DNA from: an uncultured Saprospiraceae bacterium
GTDB lineage: Bacteria > Bacteroidota > Bacteroidia > Chitinophagales > Saprospiraceae
DNA length: 57,606 bases
NCBI GenBank assembly: GCA_964458675.1
Contig: CAYWOZ010000001.1
Span: forward strand, 1 to 57,606
Reading direction: 5' to 3'
Shown here: positions 27,882-36,880 of the stretch, piece by piece
How the letters are laid out: each line of letters opens with the position of its first letter
Numbering within the stretch: the first letter of the stretch is position 1
Notes under the pieces: generated by a model
Told to the model about the DNA's origin: nothing
Databases searched by the model: none
The model's input: only the letters and a program-made list of their open reading frames with translations
Translations under genes and position numbers: made by a program

Positions 27882-28062
27882 AGGGCATCTCTATTAAGCT
27901 CTGAAAGGATGTAAATTTCATTTAGTGCGAGACCTATGAGACGCGCAGAGGGAGTTTAGCCTTAGCTAAGCGACTGATAAGCAACGAAGTAGTTTGCGAT
28001 GATAAATGGAAAAAATTTACATTTTTTGATTACATCTTGAATGGGGTTAATAGAGGTGCCCT
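27882..28062 (+). repeat. family-1 inverted-repeat element, copy F (complete, 181 bp)
   Basis: The 5' arm (27882-27925, AGGGCATCTCTATTAAGCTCTGAAAGGATGTAAATTTCATTTAG) is the imperfect reverse complement of the 3' arm (28001-28062, ...GATTACATCTTGAATGGGGTTAATAGAGGTGCCCT). The outer 18 nt match 16/18. The 75-nt core is GC-rich. Confidence 0.85.
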
Positions 28063-28068
28063 CAAAAC

Positions 28069-28105
28069 AAAAAAAGCCTATAGCGTCTCTGCTATTGGCT
28101 TTTTT
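28069..28105. terminator. bidirectional Rho-independent terminator (sorB-like gene / lipoprotein gene)
   Basis: An A-run, the stem AGCC(T)ATAGC / GCTAT(T)GGCT, then a T-run, between convergent genes. Confidence 0.7.
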
Positions 28106-28131
28106 GTATATCATTTTGAGTGTAATTTGTT

Positions 28132-28824
28132 CTACTGCTCTTTGGTCATATCTATTTCCACATCTACTGGCTTATTTTTTCTACTGAGGTACGTACCAAT
28201 ATTCAACCAAAAATCATCGGTTCCTTTTATACACTTTTCATTTAAATAATTACGCGATTTGATTGCAAATATATAAGAATCGTCACCTAGATTTTTCACC
28301 GCAGGAACCATATTTACAGTATAGCAATCTTGCATAGCTTGGATAGTTTTGTCACTATTCTCTCCAGCAAGTTTAAACAAAGCTTCTTTTGATTTGGTTT
28401 TTCTTACAGCATCAAAAAGATCTTCTTTCTTTAGGCAATCACAAATCCTGTTTGCGACATTTATTTGCTCACTAGTAGTCGGGGTATCTTTCTGCTCCTC
28501 ATATCTTTTTCTTCTATTCATTGAAGCTTGTTCCGCTTGACCTTCTCCTAATAGCCTTGACTGGCTTTTTATGTCTGCTCTGATGGCTTTTACTTTTTCT
28601 TCATTGCTCGACAGGTCACTTCCATATTTAGGTCCATTAGCCTTTTCCATTCTGGCTATTTTCTCTTCCTTAGAAAGATTATCTGTTGGGTTTCTTAGAT
28701 TTTTACCGCCCTTTGTGATAGTAGTGGTTTCATTAGAAGAATCAAGAGAAGCGTCTCCTCCACAGGAGAAAACTAGGCTAAAAGCAAGAAAAGCAATTAG
28801 TAACGATTTAGTTAAATGTTTCAT
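28132..28824 (-). CDS. hypothetical lipoprotein
   Basis: 230 aa. Signal peptide with lipobox (LVFSCGG) and a charged, low-complexity mature part. No recognised domain. Confidence 0.55.
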   Translation of the reverse strand: MKHLTKSLLIAFLAFSLVFSCGGDASLDSSNETTTITKGGKNLRNPTDNLSKEEKIARMEKANGPKYGSDLSSNEEKVKAIRADIKSQSRLLGEGQAEQASMNRRKRYEEQKDTPTTSEQINVANRICDCLKKEDLFDAVRKTKSKEALFKLAGENSDKTIQAMQDCYTVNMVPAVKNLGDDSYIFAIKSRNYLNEKCIKGTDDFWLNIGTYLSRKNKPVDVEIDMTKEQ

Positions 28825-28887
28825 ATGTAATTTATCAATGTAAAAGGTTATTCAAATTTAAGCTTTGCTAGCATGTAATGCAAGTGC

Positions 28888-31425
28888 TTAGTATGGGTCA
28901 ACATCAATTACTACTCTCAATTGAGAAGCTCCAGGGCTAGCTTTTACCTGAGCTGCAGCAGTATGCAATAGGCTTTTAGTGCTCTTTAAGACAGCCGCTT
29001 TATTTTCTAGTTTGATCCAAAAATCCATCAAAAAATAACTTCTAATACGGCCTACATAAGGTGAAGCTGGACCATTTAATCTTTCACCTAAAGTAGGTCT
29101 TATCAAGTGGTCAAAAAATAAGGTCGCATCCTTCAAGTTTTGAACTTTCTTATGCTTGAGCGTGACCTTTATCATTCTGGATACTGGAGGATAAGCGGCC
29201 TCCTTCCTTTCAAAAATCTCTCTATGATAAAAATGTGAATAATCGTATGCGATAATATCCTCTAGCACTGGATGTGTTGGGTCAAAAGTTTGAATAATTA
29301 CTTTTCCTTGTTTGTTTTTTCGACCTGCTCTACCACTCACTTGCAAGATTAGCTGAAATCCTCTCTCGGTAGATCTAAAATCTGGGTAGGCAAATTGTTG
29401 ATCGGCATTGAGAACACCCACTACGCTTACATTATCAAAGTCAAGTCCCTTGGTTATCATTTGTGTTCCAACCAAAATATCTATTTGGCGATCTTCAAAG
29501 TCCATTAACAAATCTTCATAGGCTGCACGTGTATTGACCGTGTCAAAATCCATTCTCCCAACACTAGCTGCTGGAAAGAAGGAAATAATTTCATCTTCTA
29601 TTTTTGCCGTTCCATAGCCTTTCTCTTGAAGGTGTTTATTTCCGCAAGCAGGGCACTCCTCTGGTAAGATGTGCCTAGACGCACAATAATGACAATGCAT
29701 TTTATGTGTGTACTTGTGATAAGTCAAGCTGACATCACAGTTATTGCATTCCATCTTCCAAGCGCAAACATCACAGGAAATAGTAGGAGCGTATCCTCTT
29801 CTATTTTGAAATAGGATAATCTGTTCTTTCTTGTCAAGAGCACTTTGAATCTCATCAATAAGCACAGATGTGAACTGACCTTTGATTTTATTTTGTGCGA
29901 TTTCTCTTTTCTTATCTACAATGATGATTTCGGGCATGGCAAGGCCTGCGAATCGCTCTGTCAATTCTGCCAAATTGTACTTTCCAGAAAGCGCATTGGT
30001 ATACGTCTCTATCGATGGAGTAGCTGTTCCTAGAATAATTTTAGCATCATAGAGCTTTGACATGTAGAGTGCGGTGTCTCTAGCATTGTATCTTGGAGCG
30101 GGTTCATACTGCTTAAAAGAAGGGTCATGTTCTTCATCTACTACAATTAAGTCAAGCTGCCTAAAGGGTAAAAATATACTCGATCGTGCCCCTAAAAATA
30201 TTTTCCCTTCCTTGCGGGCGACTTCAAATATTTCTACTCTTTGGTCATCATTCATCTTGGAGTGATACACCAAGATATCATTGCCGAACAATTTTTTTAG
30301 TCGATTGATGATTTGAGTAGTTAGCGCAATTTCTGGTAATAGATACAGAACTTGTCCACCATTCGCAATAATCTCTTTCATACATTCCACATATACTCTA
30401 GTCTTTCCACTTCCCGTCACCCCATGCAAGAGTATAGGTTTGTTCTCTGCAAAAGAAGATTTTATAATTGGCATCACAGCCTGCTGTTGTTCAGTAAGTG
30501 GTGGTAGTTCATCAACATTTACATCTTCAGATTCGATTCGACTTACCGTCCTAGGGTAGACCTCAAATATTCCTTTTTTGACCATTGCCTTAATGACGGA
30601 AGTGTCAATCTTTGCAGTCTTATATATGTCCGTTTTCCGAACAAATTTATTGGACTTTTGTAACTGTACAAAAGCCAATAAAGCATTGGTTTGTTTTTCA
30701 GACTTGCTCGTTAATTCAAAGGCTTCGTTTAGTAATTCTGGATACTCTTGGTAAGCTTGAGTGAAGCGAACGCAGTCTACTATCTTAGGCTTATACTTTG
30801 TCTTTAGAATTTGACGAACAAAGATGAGTCGCTTCTCTATCAGCTTATTGATAAGTTTCGCTACTGATTTTTGACCTAGGATACTTTGGATATCAGACAT
30901 GCTGATTTCCTTCTGGATAATCAAGGCTTCAACGATTAGAAATTCCTTATCAGAAAGCCCTTGCATATTATGATCGAAAGTGGGAGAGAGGAATATCTTG
31001 GAGTCACTATTGAGTTTGAGTTTTCCTGGTAAGGCTGCATTCATGACTTCACCAATAGTGCAAGCATAATAATCAGCTATCCATGCCCAAAGCTGCAATT
31101 GTTGCTCGCTTACCATAGGGGCCATATCCAGTATGCTGAGAATAGCTTTAGGTTTTACTTGTGGATTGATCTTGTCTACAAAACCAGCTACAATACCAGT
31201 ATATAGCTTTGACTTTCCAAACTGTACTTCCACCCTCATGCCTATCTGTAAAGAAGTAGCCATCCCACTAGGAATACTATAGGTATAATGCTGCGCTATT
31301 GCAATAGGCAATAAGACTTGTGCATAATTAGGAATAGAATCTGGTGCAAAGGCGCTGGACAATGATAGTGTTTTATCGAATAATATAATTGTGGTCAAAG
31401 TTAGTACAAAATGTGGAGGTGCCAA
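28888..31425 (-). CDS. priA: primosomal protein N' (replication restart helicase PriA)
   Basis: Walker A (GVTGSGKT), a DEEH box and a Cys-rich zinc region (CDVCAWKMECNNCD...CHYCASRH...CPACGN). The 5' end is uncertain: the TTG at 31425 is the longest option, and an in-frame TTG at 31362 gives a more typical N-terminus (..NYAQVLLPIAI). Confidence 0.85.
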   Translation of the reverse strand: MAPPHFVLTLTTIILFDKTLSLSSAFAPDSIPNYAQVLLPIAIAQHYTYSIPSGMATSLQIGMRVEVQFGKSKLYTGIVAGFVDKINPQVKPKAILSILDMAPMVSEQQLQLWAWIADYYACTIGEVMNAALPGKLKLNSDSKIFLSPTFDHNMQGLSDKEFLIVEALIIQKEISMSDIQSILGQKSVAKLINKLIEKRLIFVRQILKTKYKPKIVDCVRFTQAYQEYPELLNEAFELTSKSEKQTNALLAFVQLQKSNKFVRKTDIYKTAKIDTSVIKAMVKKGIFEVYPRTVSRIESEDVNVDELPPLTEQQQAVMPIIKSSFAENKPILLHGVTGSGKTRVYVECMKEIIANGGQVLYLLPEIALTTQIINRLKKLFGNDILVYHSKMNDDQRVEIFEVARKEGKIFLGARSSIFLPFRQLDLIVVDEEHDPSFKQYEPAPRYNARDTALYMSKLYDAKIILGTATPSIETYTNALSGKYNLAELTERFAGLAMPEIIIVDKKREIAQNKIKGQFTSVLIDEIQSALDKKEQIILFQNRRGYAPTISCDVCAWKMECNNCDVSLTYHKYTHKMHCHYCASRHILPEECPACGNKHLQEKGYGTAKIEDEIISFFPAASVGRMDFDTVNTRAAYEDLLMDFEDRQIDILVGTQMITKGLDFDNVSVVGVLNADQQFAYPDFRSTERGFQLILQVSGRAGRKNKQGKVIIQTFDPTHPVLEDIIAYDYSHFYHREIFERKEAAYPPVSRMIKVTLKHKKVQNLKDATLFFDHLIRPTLGERLNGPASPYVGRIRSYFLMDFWIKLENKAAVLKSTKSLLHTAAAQVKASPGASQLRVVIDVDPY

Positions 31426-31481
31426 CCTTGTTCATACATATTCATAATCGAGTGGTATTTTACTCTAATCAAGAATTTTTC

Positions 31482-31628
31482 GGACAAGCGATCTGGAATA
31501 GTAGGGGCTTTGCGCGGCAAAGAAGGGTGGCAAGCACCTAGACCGAAGGGCCGAGCGAGGAGCGAGCTATGTAAGTCCGCGACCCACGCTCCCGAAAGCA
31601 TTCGGGACAGCGTGGGATGGCCCCAAAT
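31482..31628 (+). repeat. family-2 GC-rich element, copy G
   Basis: Same termini as copy D (GGACAAGCGAT ... ATGGCCCCAAAT) with an unrelated GC-rich core. Has a strong terminal hairpin (CCCACGCT-CCCGAA-AGCA-TTCGGG-A-CAGCGTGGG, 31583-31616) and the hairpin CTTTGC-GCG-GCAAAG (31508-31522). Lies between the HDAC-family stop and the priA start. Confidence 0.75.
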
Positions 31629-31638
31629 TTAAATCATT

Positions 31639-32541
31639 TTAAAAATAAATATCCTGTGCTACTCGAAAGGTATTGGCGTGTGCTTCCACAATGTCCGCCA
31701 ATCGCTCGGAATAGCCACCACCCATACTCACTGCCACAGGAATCTGGTGACGATGGCAAGTCTCGAAAACAAATTGATCTCTTTGCTTGCAACCTTGAAG
31801 TGTCATGCTGAGCCTACCTAATTTATCTGTTGCCAAAATGTCAACCCCTGATAAGTAAAAAATAAAATCAGGCTGCACCTGATCGATTAGACGAGGTAGT
31901 GTCTGATAAAGGGTCTCTAAAAAGAATTTGTCTTCCGTCTTATCTGGCAGTCCGATATCTAAATCACTTGTTTCCTTCTTGGCAGGATAGTTCTTGGCTC
32001 CATGCATACTAAATGTGAATACGCGGCCTTCATTCATAAATAGTTTTGCAGTTCCATTTCCTTGATGTACATCTAGGTCGACCACTAATATTTGCTTCGC
32101 TAGATTTTGATGGAGCAGATAGTTGCTCGCAATAGCTATATCATTGAGCAGACAAAATCCTTCACCACGATCTGCAAAAGCGTGATGTGTGCCTCCCGCA
32201 ATATTAAGCGCGACGCCAAACTGCTGTGCGTACAAAGCGCAGTCAATCGTACCTTGTGAGATGTGCGTACCGCGAGTAACCAAAGATGCGGAAAGCGGAA
32301 AACCAATCTTACGAATCTCCTTAGCGCTAAGGCTTAGATTCTTAAGTTTTTTCCAATACTCTTTGTCATGTGTATCGAGTATAGTAGACTCAGCAAGGGC
32401 CTCTGGATGAAAGAAGCTGGCTTCCTCAATCGTACCTTCGTACAATAGTTGCTCTGGGAGTAGCTCGTACTTCATCATAGGAAATCGATGACCCTCAGGT
32501 AAACTATATTTGTAGATAGGGGAGTAGGCAATCTTAAGCAT
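31639..32541 (-). CDS. histone-deacetylase-family (AcuC/Hda-like) zinc deacetylase
   Basis: 300 aa with HDAC motifs (GGTHHAFADRGEGFCLLNDIAIA, DLDVHQGNGT). Its ATG overlaps the ypdA stop by 8 nt. Confidence 0.85.
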   Translation of the reverse strand: MLKIAYSPIYKYSLPEGHRFPMMKYELLPEQLLYEGTIEEASFFHPEALAESTILDTHDKEYWKKLKNLSLSAKEIRKIGFPLSASLVTRGTHISQGTIDCALYAQQFGVALNIAGGTHHAFADRGEGFCLLNDIAIASNYLLHQNLAKQILVVDLDVHQGNGTAKLFMNEGRVFTFSMHGAKNYPAKKETSDLDIGLPDKTEDKFFLETLYQTLPRLIDQVQPDFIFYLSGVDILATDKLGRLSMTLQGCKQRDQFVFETCHRHQIPVAVSMGGGYSERLADIVEAHANTFRVAQDIYF

Positions 32542-33523
32542 AATTCGCGGATATTTTTTGTTTAATATCCGAGATGATTTGCTTGCCGTGGTGGCGAGTA
32601 TTTTCTATAAATAATTTGCTGGTATGGTCTCCAGCGAGGATGACGCCAGCGATGTATAGCTGTGGAATATTGGATTCTAAAGTCTGCGCGTCAAATGTTG
32701 GCGCATTAGACTTTGGGTCTAGCGATAAACCAATATGCTTCATGAAAGTATAGTCAGGACGGTATCCTGTCATGGCCAATACATAATCGTTGGGAATGCT
32801 TTGGCAGCCTTGAGGCGTGTCAACGATGATTTTGTCTTGATGAATTTCTTTTACTTGGCTATTAAAGAGTGCCTTGATGCTTCCTTCTTTTATCCTGTTT
32901 TCTATATTGGGTCTGATCCAATATTTCACCTTTTCATAGATGTTTTCACCTTTGACGATCATGGTGACATTGGCTCCCTTATGGTAGGTCTCTAATGCCA
33001 CGTCGCAGGCAGAATTCGCAGCGCCGATTACAGCTATATCTTGCCCAATGTATGGATGCGCGTCATCGTAATAGTGCTTTACTTTGGGTAGCTCTTCTCC
33101 TGGAATTTTTAGAAGATTAGGCGTGTCATAGTAGCCCGTAGCGACGATTACATACTGACATCGGTAAGTTTGATTTTGGGTTTTTATTTCAAATTTGAAT
33201 TGATCCTTCTCTACAGATTGGACGGTTTGCCTATATCGAACGTCAATGTTGTATGTCGTGACTACCCGACGATAGTATTCTAGAGCCTCCTTTCGCGTAG
33301 GTTTATCATTAATAGAAACAAAAGGGATTTCTCCTATCTCCAAAACTTCTGAAGTAGAAAAAAAGGTCATATTGGTAGGGAAATTATAGATGCTATTGAC
33401 CAGCAGGCCTTTTTCCAGCACCAAGAGATCAAGATTCTGTCGAGACGCTTCTAAAGCACATACTAGCCCAGAAGGACCAGCCCCTATGATGATGATGTCT
33501 TTTTCTATAATATCTGTACCCAT
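32534..33523 (-). CDS. ypdA: YpdA-family FAD-dependent (putative bacillithiol) disulfide reductase
   Basis: 329 aa. IIIIGAGPSGL plus VNSIYNFPTNMTFFSTSEVLEIG closely matches the YpdA signature. Confidence 0.8.
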   Translation of the reverse strand: MGTDIIEKDIIIIGAGPSGLVCALEASRQNLDLLVLEKGLLVNSIYNFPTNMTFFSTSEVLEIGEIPFVSINDKPTRKEALEYYRRVVTTYNIDVRYRQTVQSVEKDQFKFEIKTQNQTYRCQYVIVATGYYDTPNLLKIPGEELPKVKHYYDDAHPYIGQDIAVIGAANSACDVALETYHKGANVTMIVKGENIYEKVKYWIRPNIENRIKEGSIKALFNSQVKEIHQDKIIVDTPQGCQSIPNDYVLAMTGYRPDYTFMKHIGLSLDPKSNAPTFDAQTLESNIPQLYIAGVILAGDHTSKLFIENTRHHGKQIISDIKQKISANYA

Positions 33524-33604
33524 GAAAACCTTAGTATATCTTATTAGACAACAAGATAGAAGGAAAGAGGATTAATTAAAATCTATGTTTCTAAAGAAAT
33601 ATTC

Positions 33605-35545
33605 TTATGCTCCTCTTCTACTAAGCAATAATCCCATAATCTTAGAATGCAATTCTTCTGGCTTGAATGGTTTTGTTAGATATTCATTCATGCCTGCATT
33701 CTTGCAGCGTGTCTCTTCTTGAGATGAGGCGTTGGCTGTGAGGGCGATGATAGGCACGTCGCTTAGTTCTCTAATCTTAGTAGAAGATTCTATTCCGTTC
33801 ATAACTGGCATCTGGATATCCATAAGGACTAGGTCGTATCCATGTTCTCTAAACTTTTCTAGACCCACTAAGCCATTTTCTGCTATGTCTACAGTTACAT
33901 GTTCTGACCATGTGGTAAGAATTTTCTTGGTAGCAATTTGATTTAAGAAGTGATCTTCTACCAATAAAACGCTTAGCGGTGCCATTGGAACTTGAGCGTA
34001 GGCATCGAATGCAACCATTTTTACCATTTGGACTGGTAAACACATCTTAACACTTTTTTGCTCGATATCTATAATTAGGTCACCTTTGATTTGCTTTATG
34101 ATTTTGTTTAAAATCGACACATTAAGCAAGTGATGATTCTGTGTATTTTCTACGTTGTCAAGAATCTTTTTGTAATCCTCACTTTTTAATAATTCTACCA
34201 TTTCTGGATTGAAAAAATCAGGCTGATATCCATTGAGTTCTAATTCAAACTCAGTACTCGGTTTATCAGCTGACATACCAGCTCTGATAGCTATTTCGGA
34301 TACACTTTCGTCGCTACTAAAGGCAAGGTTGGCTATGTTATAGAATAACTGGGTCACCTTCTTTGGATAAGTAAGCACCTTTGCTGGAATGCTTTCTGAA
34401 ATGTCAAAAGAAACTTTCATGTTATTGGTTCCTGCCTTCAGAGTCGCCATTCTTTGGAAGGCATCCATAAAATCTTCTAGCCTAAACTCCTCTTCTGTAT
34501 CATGCATACTTTCTTGTCCTACTATAGAGTAGTTTAGCAGGTTGTTGACCGCACCAAATAGTTCGTCAAATGAATTCTTCAGTCCAGATACTAGCTCAGA
34601 TTGCTTTTGGCTAGCAGGTATATTTTCAAGTAAGAAAAGTAGATTTGTGATAGAAGAAAGAGGTGTACGTATCTGAAAACCAATGTCGGAAAGCATTTGC
34701 TCTTTTACATTAAGCATGCCTCGAGATAGATTTTTCTCGATCATGAGTTTTTCATTGATTTTTCGAGCAGTAATATCTTGTAGTGCACCGACAACTATTA
34801 GCTTTTTAGTATTCTCTTCTAGTACGAGTCGCGATTGAATGGAAATGTACTTGATATTTCTCCCTTCAGTTACGATTCTATGTTCAAGATTTTGAGTTTC
34901 ATTAGATTTAGAAATTTTATCGAAAAAATCTTCTACTTTGCTTTTGTCGTCAGTATGTACATAGTTGATATACTCGGACATGGTAGGGTTGAAACTCTGT
35001 GTCTGGAAGCCAAATAAATTGAAGACCTCATCAGACCAAATCATCTCGTGTGAAACAATGTCCATTTCCCAGCAGCCGAATTTCCCCATCTTTTGTGCTT
35101 CCAAAAATCGACTTTGCGTTTTGGATAAGTTGGCACTGATATTCTTAAATTTTAGTTGACTTGCATGTCTTTGTACGGAGTATCGAATAGCTCTGCCAAT
35201 CGATTTATAATCGATTTCACTTTTTACAAGGAAATCTTGAGCACCTGCTTTAATGGCTTGGTTACCAAGTATTTCATTTGACTTTTCAGTTAATACGATT
35301 ACAGGGATATTAGGCTTTGCTTCTATAAATGAAGTAAGCGTCTTGAATCCAGATGAATCTGGCAGCATTAAATTTATAAACGCTAAATCTATTTGTTCTG
35401 AATTGGCAAAGTTAATTCCTTCGAAATAGGCGTTCGCGATGAATAACTCACTTTTCGGCAAGGTTCCGTTGATATGCTTTTTGATTCTAGCTATATCTTC
35501 TTCGCTCTTGTCTACAACTAGGATTTTGGGTTTGTTATTCAACAT
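33605..35545 (-). CDS. hybrid two-component protein: pseudo-receiver - PAS - degenerate HisKA/HATPase - intact receiver
   Basis: 646 aa. The N-terminal REC has Asn (FINLMLPD) where the phospho-Asp is expected. The H-box reads IGFQIRTPL, with Phe in place of His, and I could not find the G1/G2 ATP-lid boxes. The C-terminal REC is canonical (VEDH...LMDIQMP...TANA...LTKPF). Confidence 0.75.
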   Translation of the reverse strand: MLNNKPKILVVDKSEEDIARIKKHINGTLPKSELFIANAYFEGINFANSEQIDLAFINLMLPDSSGFKTLTSFIEAKPNIPVIVLTEKSNEILGNQAIKAGAQDFLVKSEIDYKSIGRAIRYSVQRHASQLKFKNISANLSKTQSRFLEAQKMGKFGCWEMDIVSHEMIWSDEVFNLFGFQTQSFNPTMSEYINYVHTDDKSKVEDFFDKISKSNETQNLEHRIVTEGRNIKYISIQSRLVLEENTKKLIVVGALQDITARKINEKLMIEKNLSRGMLNVKEQMLSDIGFQIRTPLSSITNLLFLLENIPASQKQSELVSGLKNSFDELFGAVNNLLNYSIVGQESMHDTEEEFRLEDFMDAFQRMATLKAGTNNMKVSFDISESIPAKVLTYPKKVTQLFYNIANLAFSSDESVSEIAIRAGMSADKPSTEFELELNGYQPDFFNPEMVELLKSEDYKKILDNVENTQNHHLLNVSILNKIIKQIKGDLIIDIEQKSVKMCLPVQMVKMVAFDAYAQVPMAPLSVLLVEDHFLNQIATKKILTTWSEHVTVDIAENGLVGLEKFREHGYDLVLMDIQMPVMNGIESSTKIRELSDVPIIALTANASSQEETRCKNAGMNEYLTKPFKPEELHSKIMGLLLSRRGA

Positions 35546-35715
35546 TATAGTTAAGCACTTTAAATAATTTATTATGTACCATTATAAACATTACTATTGA
35601 TAGTAAGTCTAATAAGTACACAGTTCATATTATATATATTCAAATATGATGCCTAAATTATCCTGATCTCCCTAAAGGTGCTAAAGCTTTTTATCTTAGC
35701 GCAAAAGTATCTTTC

Positions 35716-36693
35716 ATGCCTGATATTTTAACAACGCGCCAAGCATATAGTGATTATTTGGACTCTCGCAAAATCGAGGAGCAACCACAGGGTTTGTATG
35801 AACCAATTAACTACATAATGAATCTAGGTGGTAAGCACATCAGAGCTACATTTTTATTGATGGCTAATAGTCTTTTTGCTCCTAAAACTTCTGATATAGC
35901 AAAGCAAAGTGCATATGCTATTGAGCTTTTCCACAACTTTTCTCTTGTCCATGACGACATTATGGATGACGCAGATACCAGACGCGGCAAGCCAAGTGTA
36001 CATAGCGAATACAGTCTTAATAGTGGCATTTTATCAGGGGACGCAATGCTTATCCTCGTTTATGAAGAGCTGCTCAAAATCCCTGATGCTGACAAACGAT
36101 TTGAAGTACTTAATTTATTTACTAAGACAGCAAAACAGGTTTGCGAAGGCCAACAATACGACATAGATTTTGAGACCACCGAAGAGGTTTCTATAGAAAA
36201 CTATCTGCTTATGATCAAGCTAAAGACAGCAGTTCTTTTGGCTTGTTCCTTAAAGATAGGTGCTATACTCGGTGATGCCAGTCCTGCTGATGCGAAGTAT
36301 CTCTATGATTTTGGAATCAATATTGGACTGGCATTTCAGATCCAAGACGACCTATTGGATACCTATGGTGAGCAAGCAAGTGTAGGAAAGATGATAGGCG
36401 GCGATATTCAGCAAAACAAGAAAACCATTCTTTATTTGAAGACGCTCGAACATATTGGAGATGTCAGCCATGATTTTAAGGAATTGTATAATAGTAATTT
36501 AACGATTGAGCAAAAGTTGCCCCGAGTAATCGAGATGATGGATTCTTGCCAGATTAGGGAAAAGATAACTTTGATAAAAGAAGACTATTTGAAAAAGGCA
36601 TTGTCCTCACTAGAGTCAGTGACTGCTACCTATCCTGAAGGAAAAGCGGAGTTAAAAAATCTTGCAAAATACATTGTAGAAAGAGTTAAATAA
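35716..36693 (+). CDS. polyprenyl (geranylgeranyl/farnesyl) diphosphate synthase
   Basis: 325 aa with the first and second Asp-rich motifs (LVHDDIMDD and QIQDDLLD). Confidence 0.85.
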   Translation: MPDILTTRQAYSDYLDSRKIEEQPQGLYEPINYIMNLGGKHIRATFLLMANSLFAPKTSDIAKQSAYAIELFHNFSLVHDDIMDDADTRRGKPSVHSEYSLNSGILSGDAMLILVYEELLKIPDADKRFEVLNLFTKTAKQVCEGQQYDIDFETTEEVSIENYLLMIKLKTAVLLACSLKIGAILGDASPADAKYLYDFGINIGLAFQIQDDLLDTYGEQASVGKMIGGDIQQNKKTILYLKTLEHIGDVSHDFKELYNSNLTIEQKLPRVIEMMDSCQIREKITLIKEDYLKKALSSLESVTATYPEGKAELKNLAKYIVERVK

Positions 36694-36880
36694 AAAAGGA
36701 GCAACCGAATTTACATTTGGTCACCCCTCACACTATGAAACACTATTTCTTTATTGGGTTATGTAAAAATAGTACTATGTCACTACTTATCCAAGTATAT
36801 GGGGCAAAACCAGTGATACCTTTACATTAAAATTTTGTCTGTTGAATAACAATTGAGAGTCATATTGAGTGATTAGTTTT

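Noticed and set aside
14250-28062. Family-1 elements as integron attC sites or a cassette array
   Set aside because: The arm ends do not fit the RYYYAAC / GTTRRRY core sites. The intervening units are multi-gene operons of 4-5 kb rather than single promoterless cassettes. No integrase is present.
31401-31632. Two overlapping ORFs (66 and 73 aa) inside family-2 copy G
   Set aside because: Both lie within the GC-rich repeat and have no counterpart reading frames in copy D, so they are composition artefacts.
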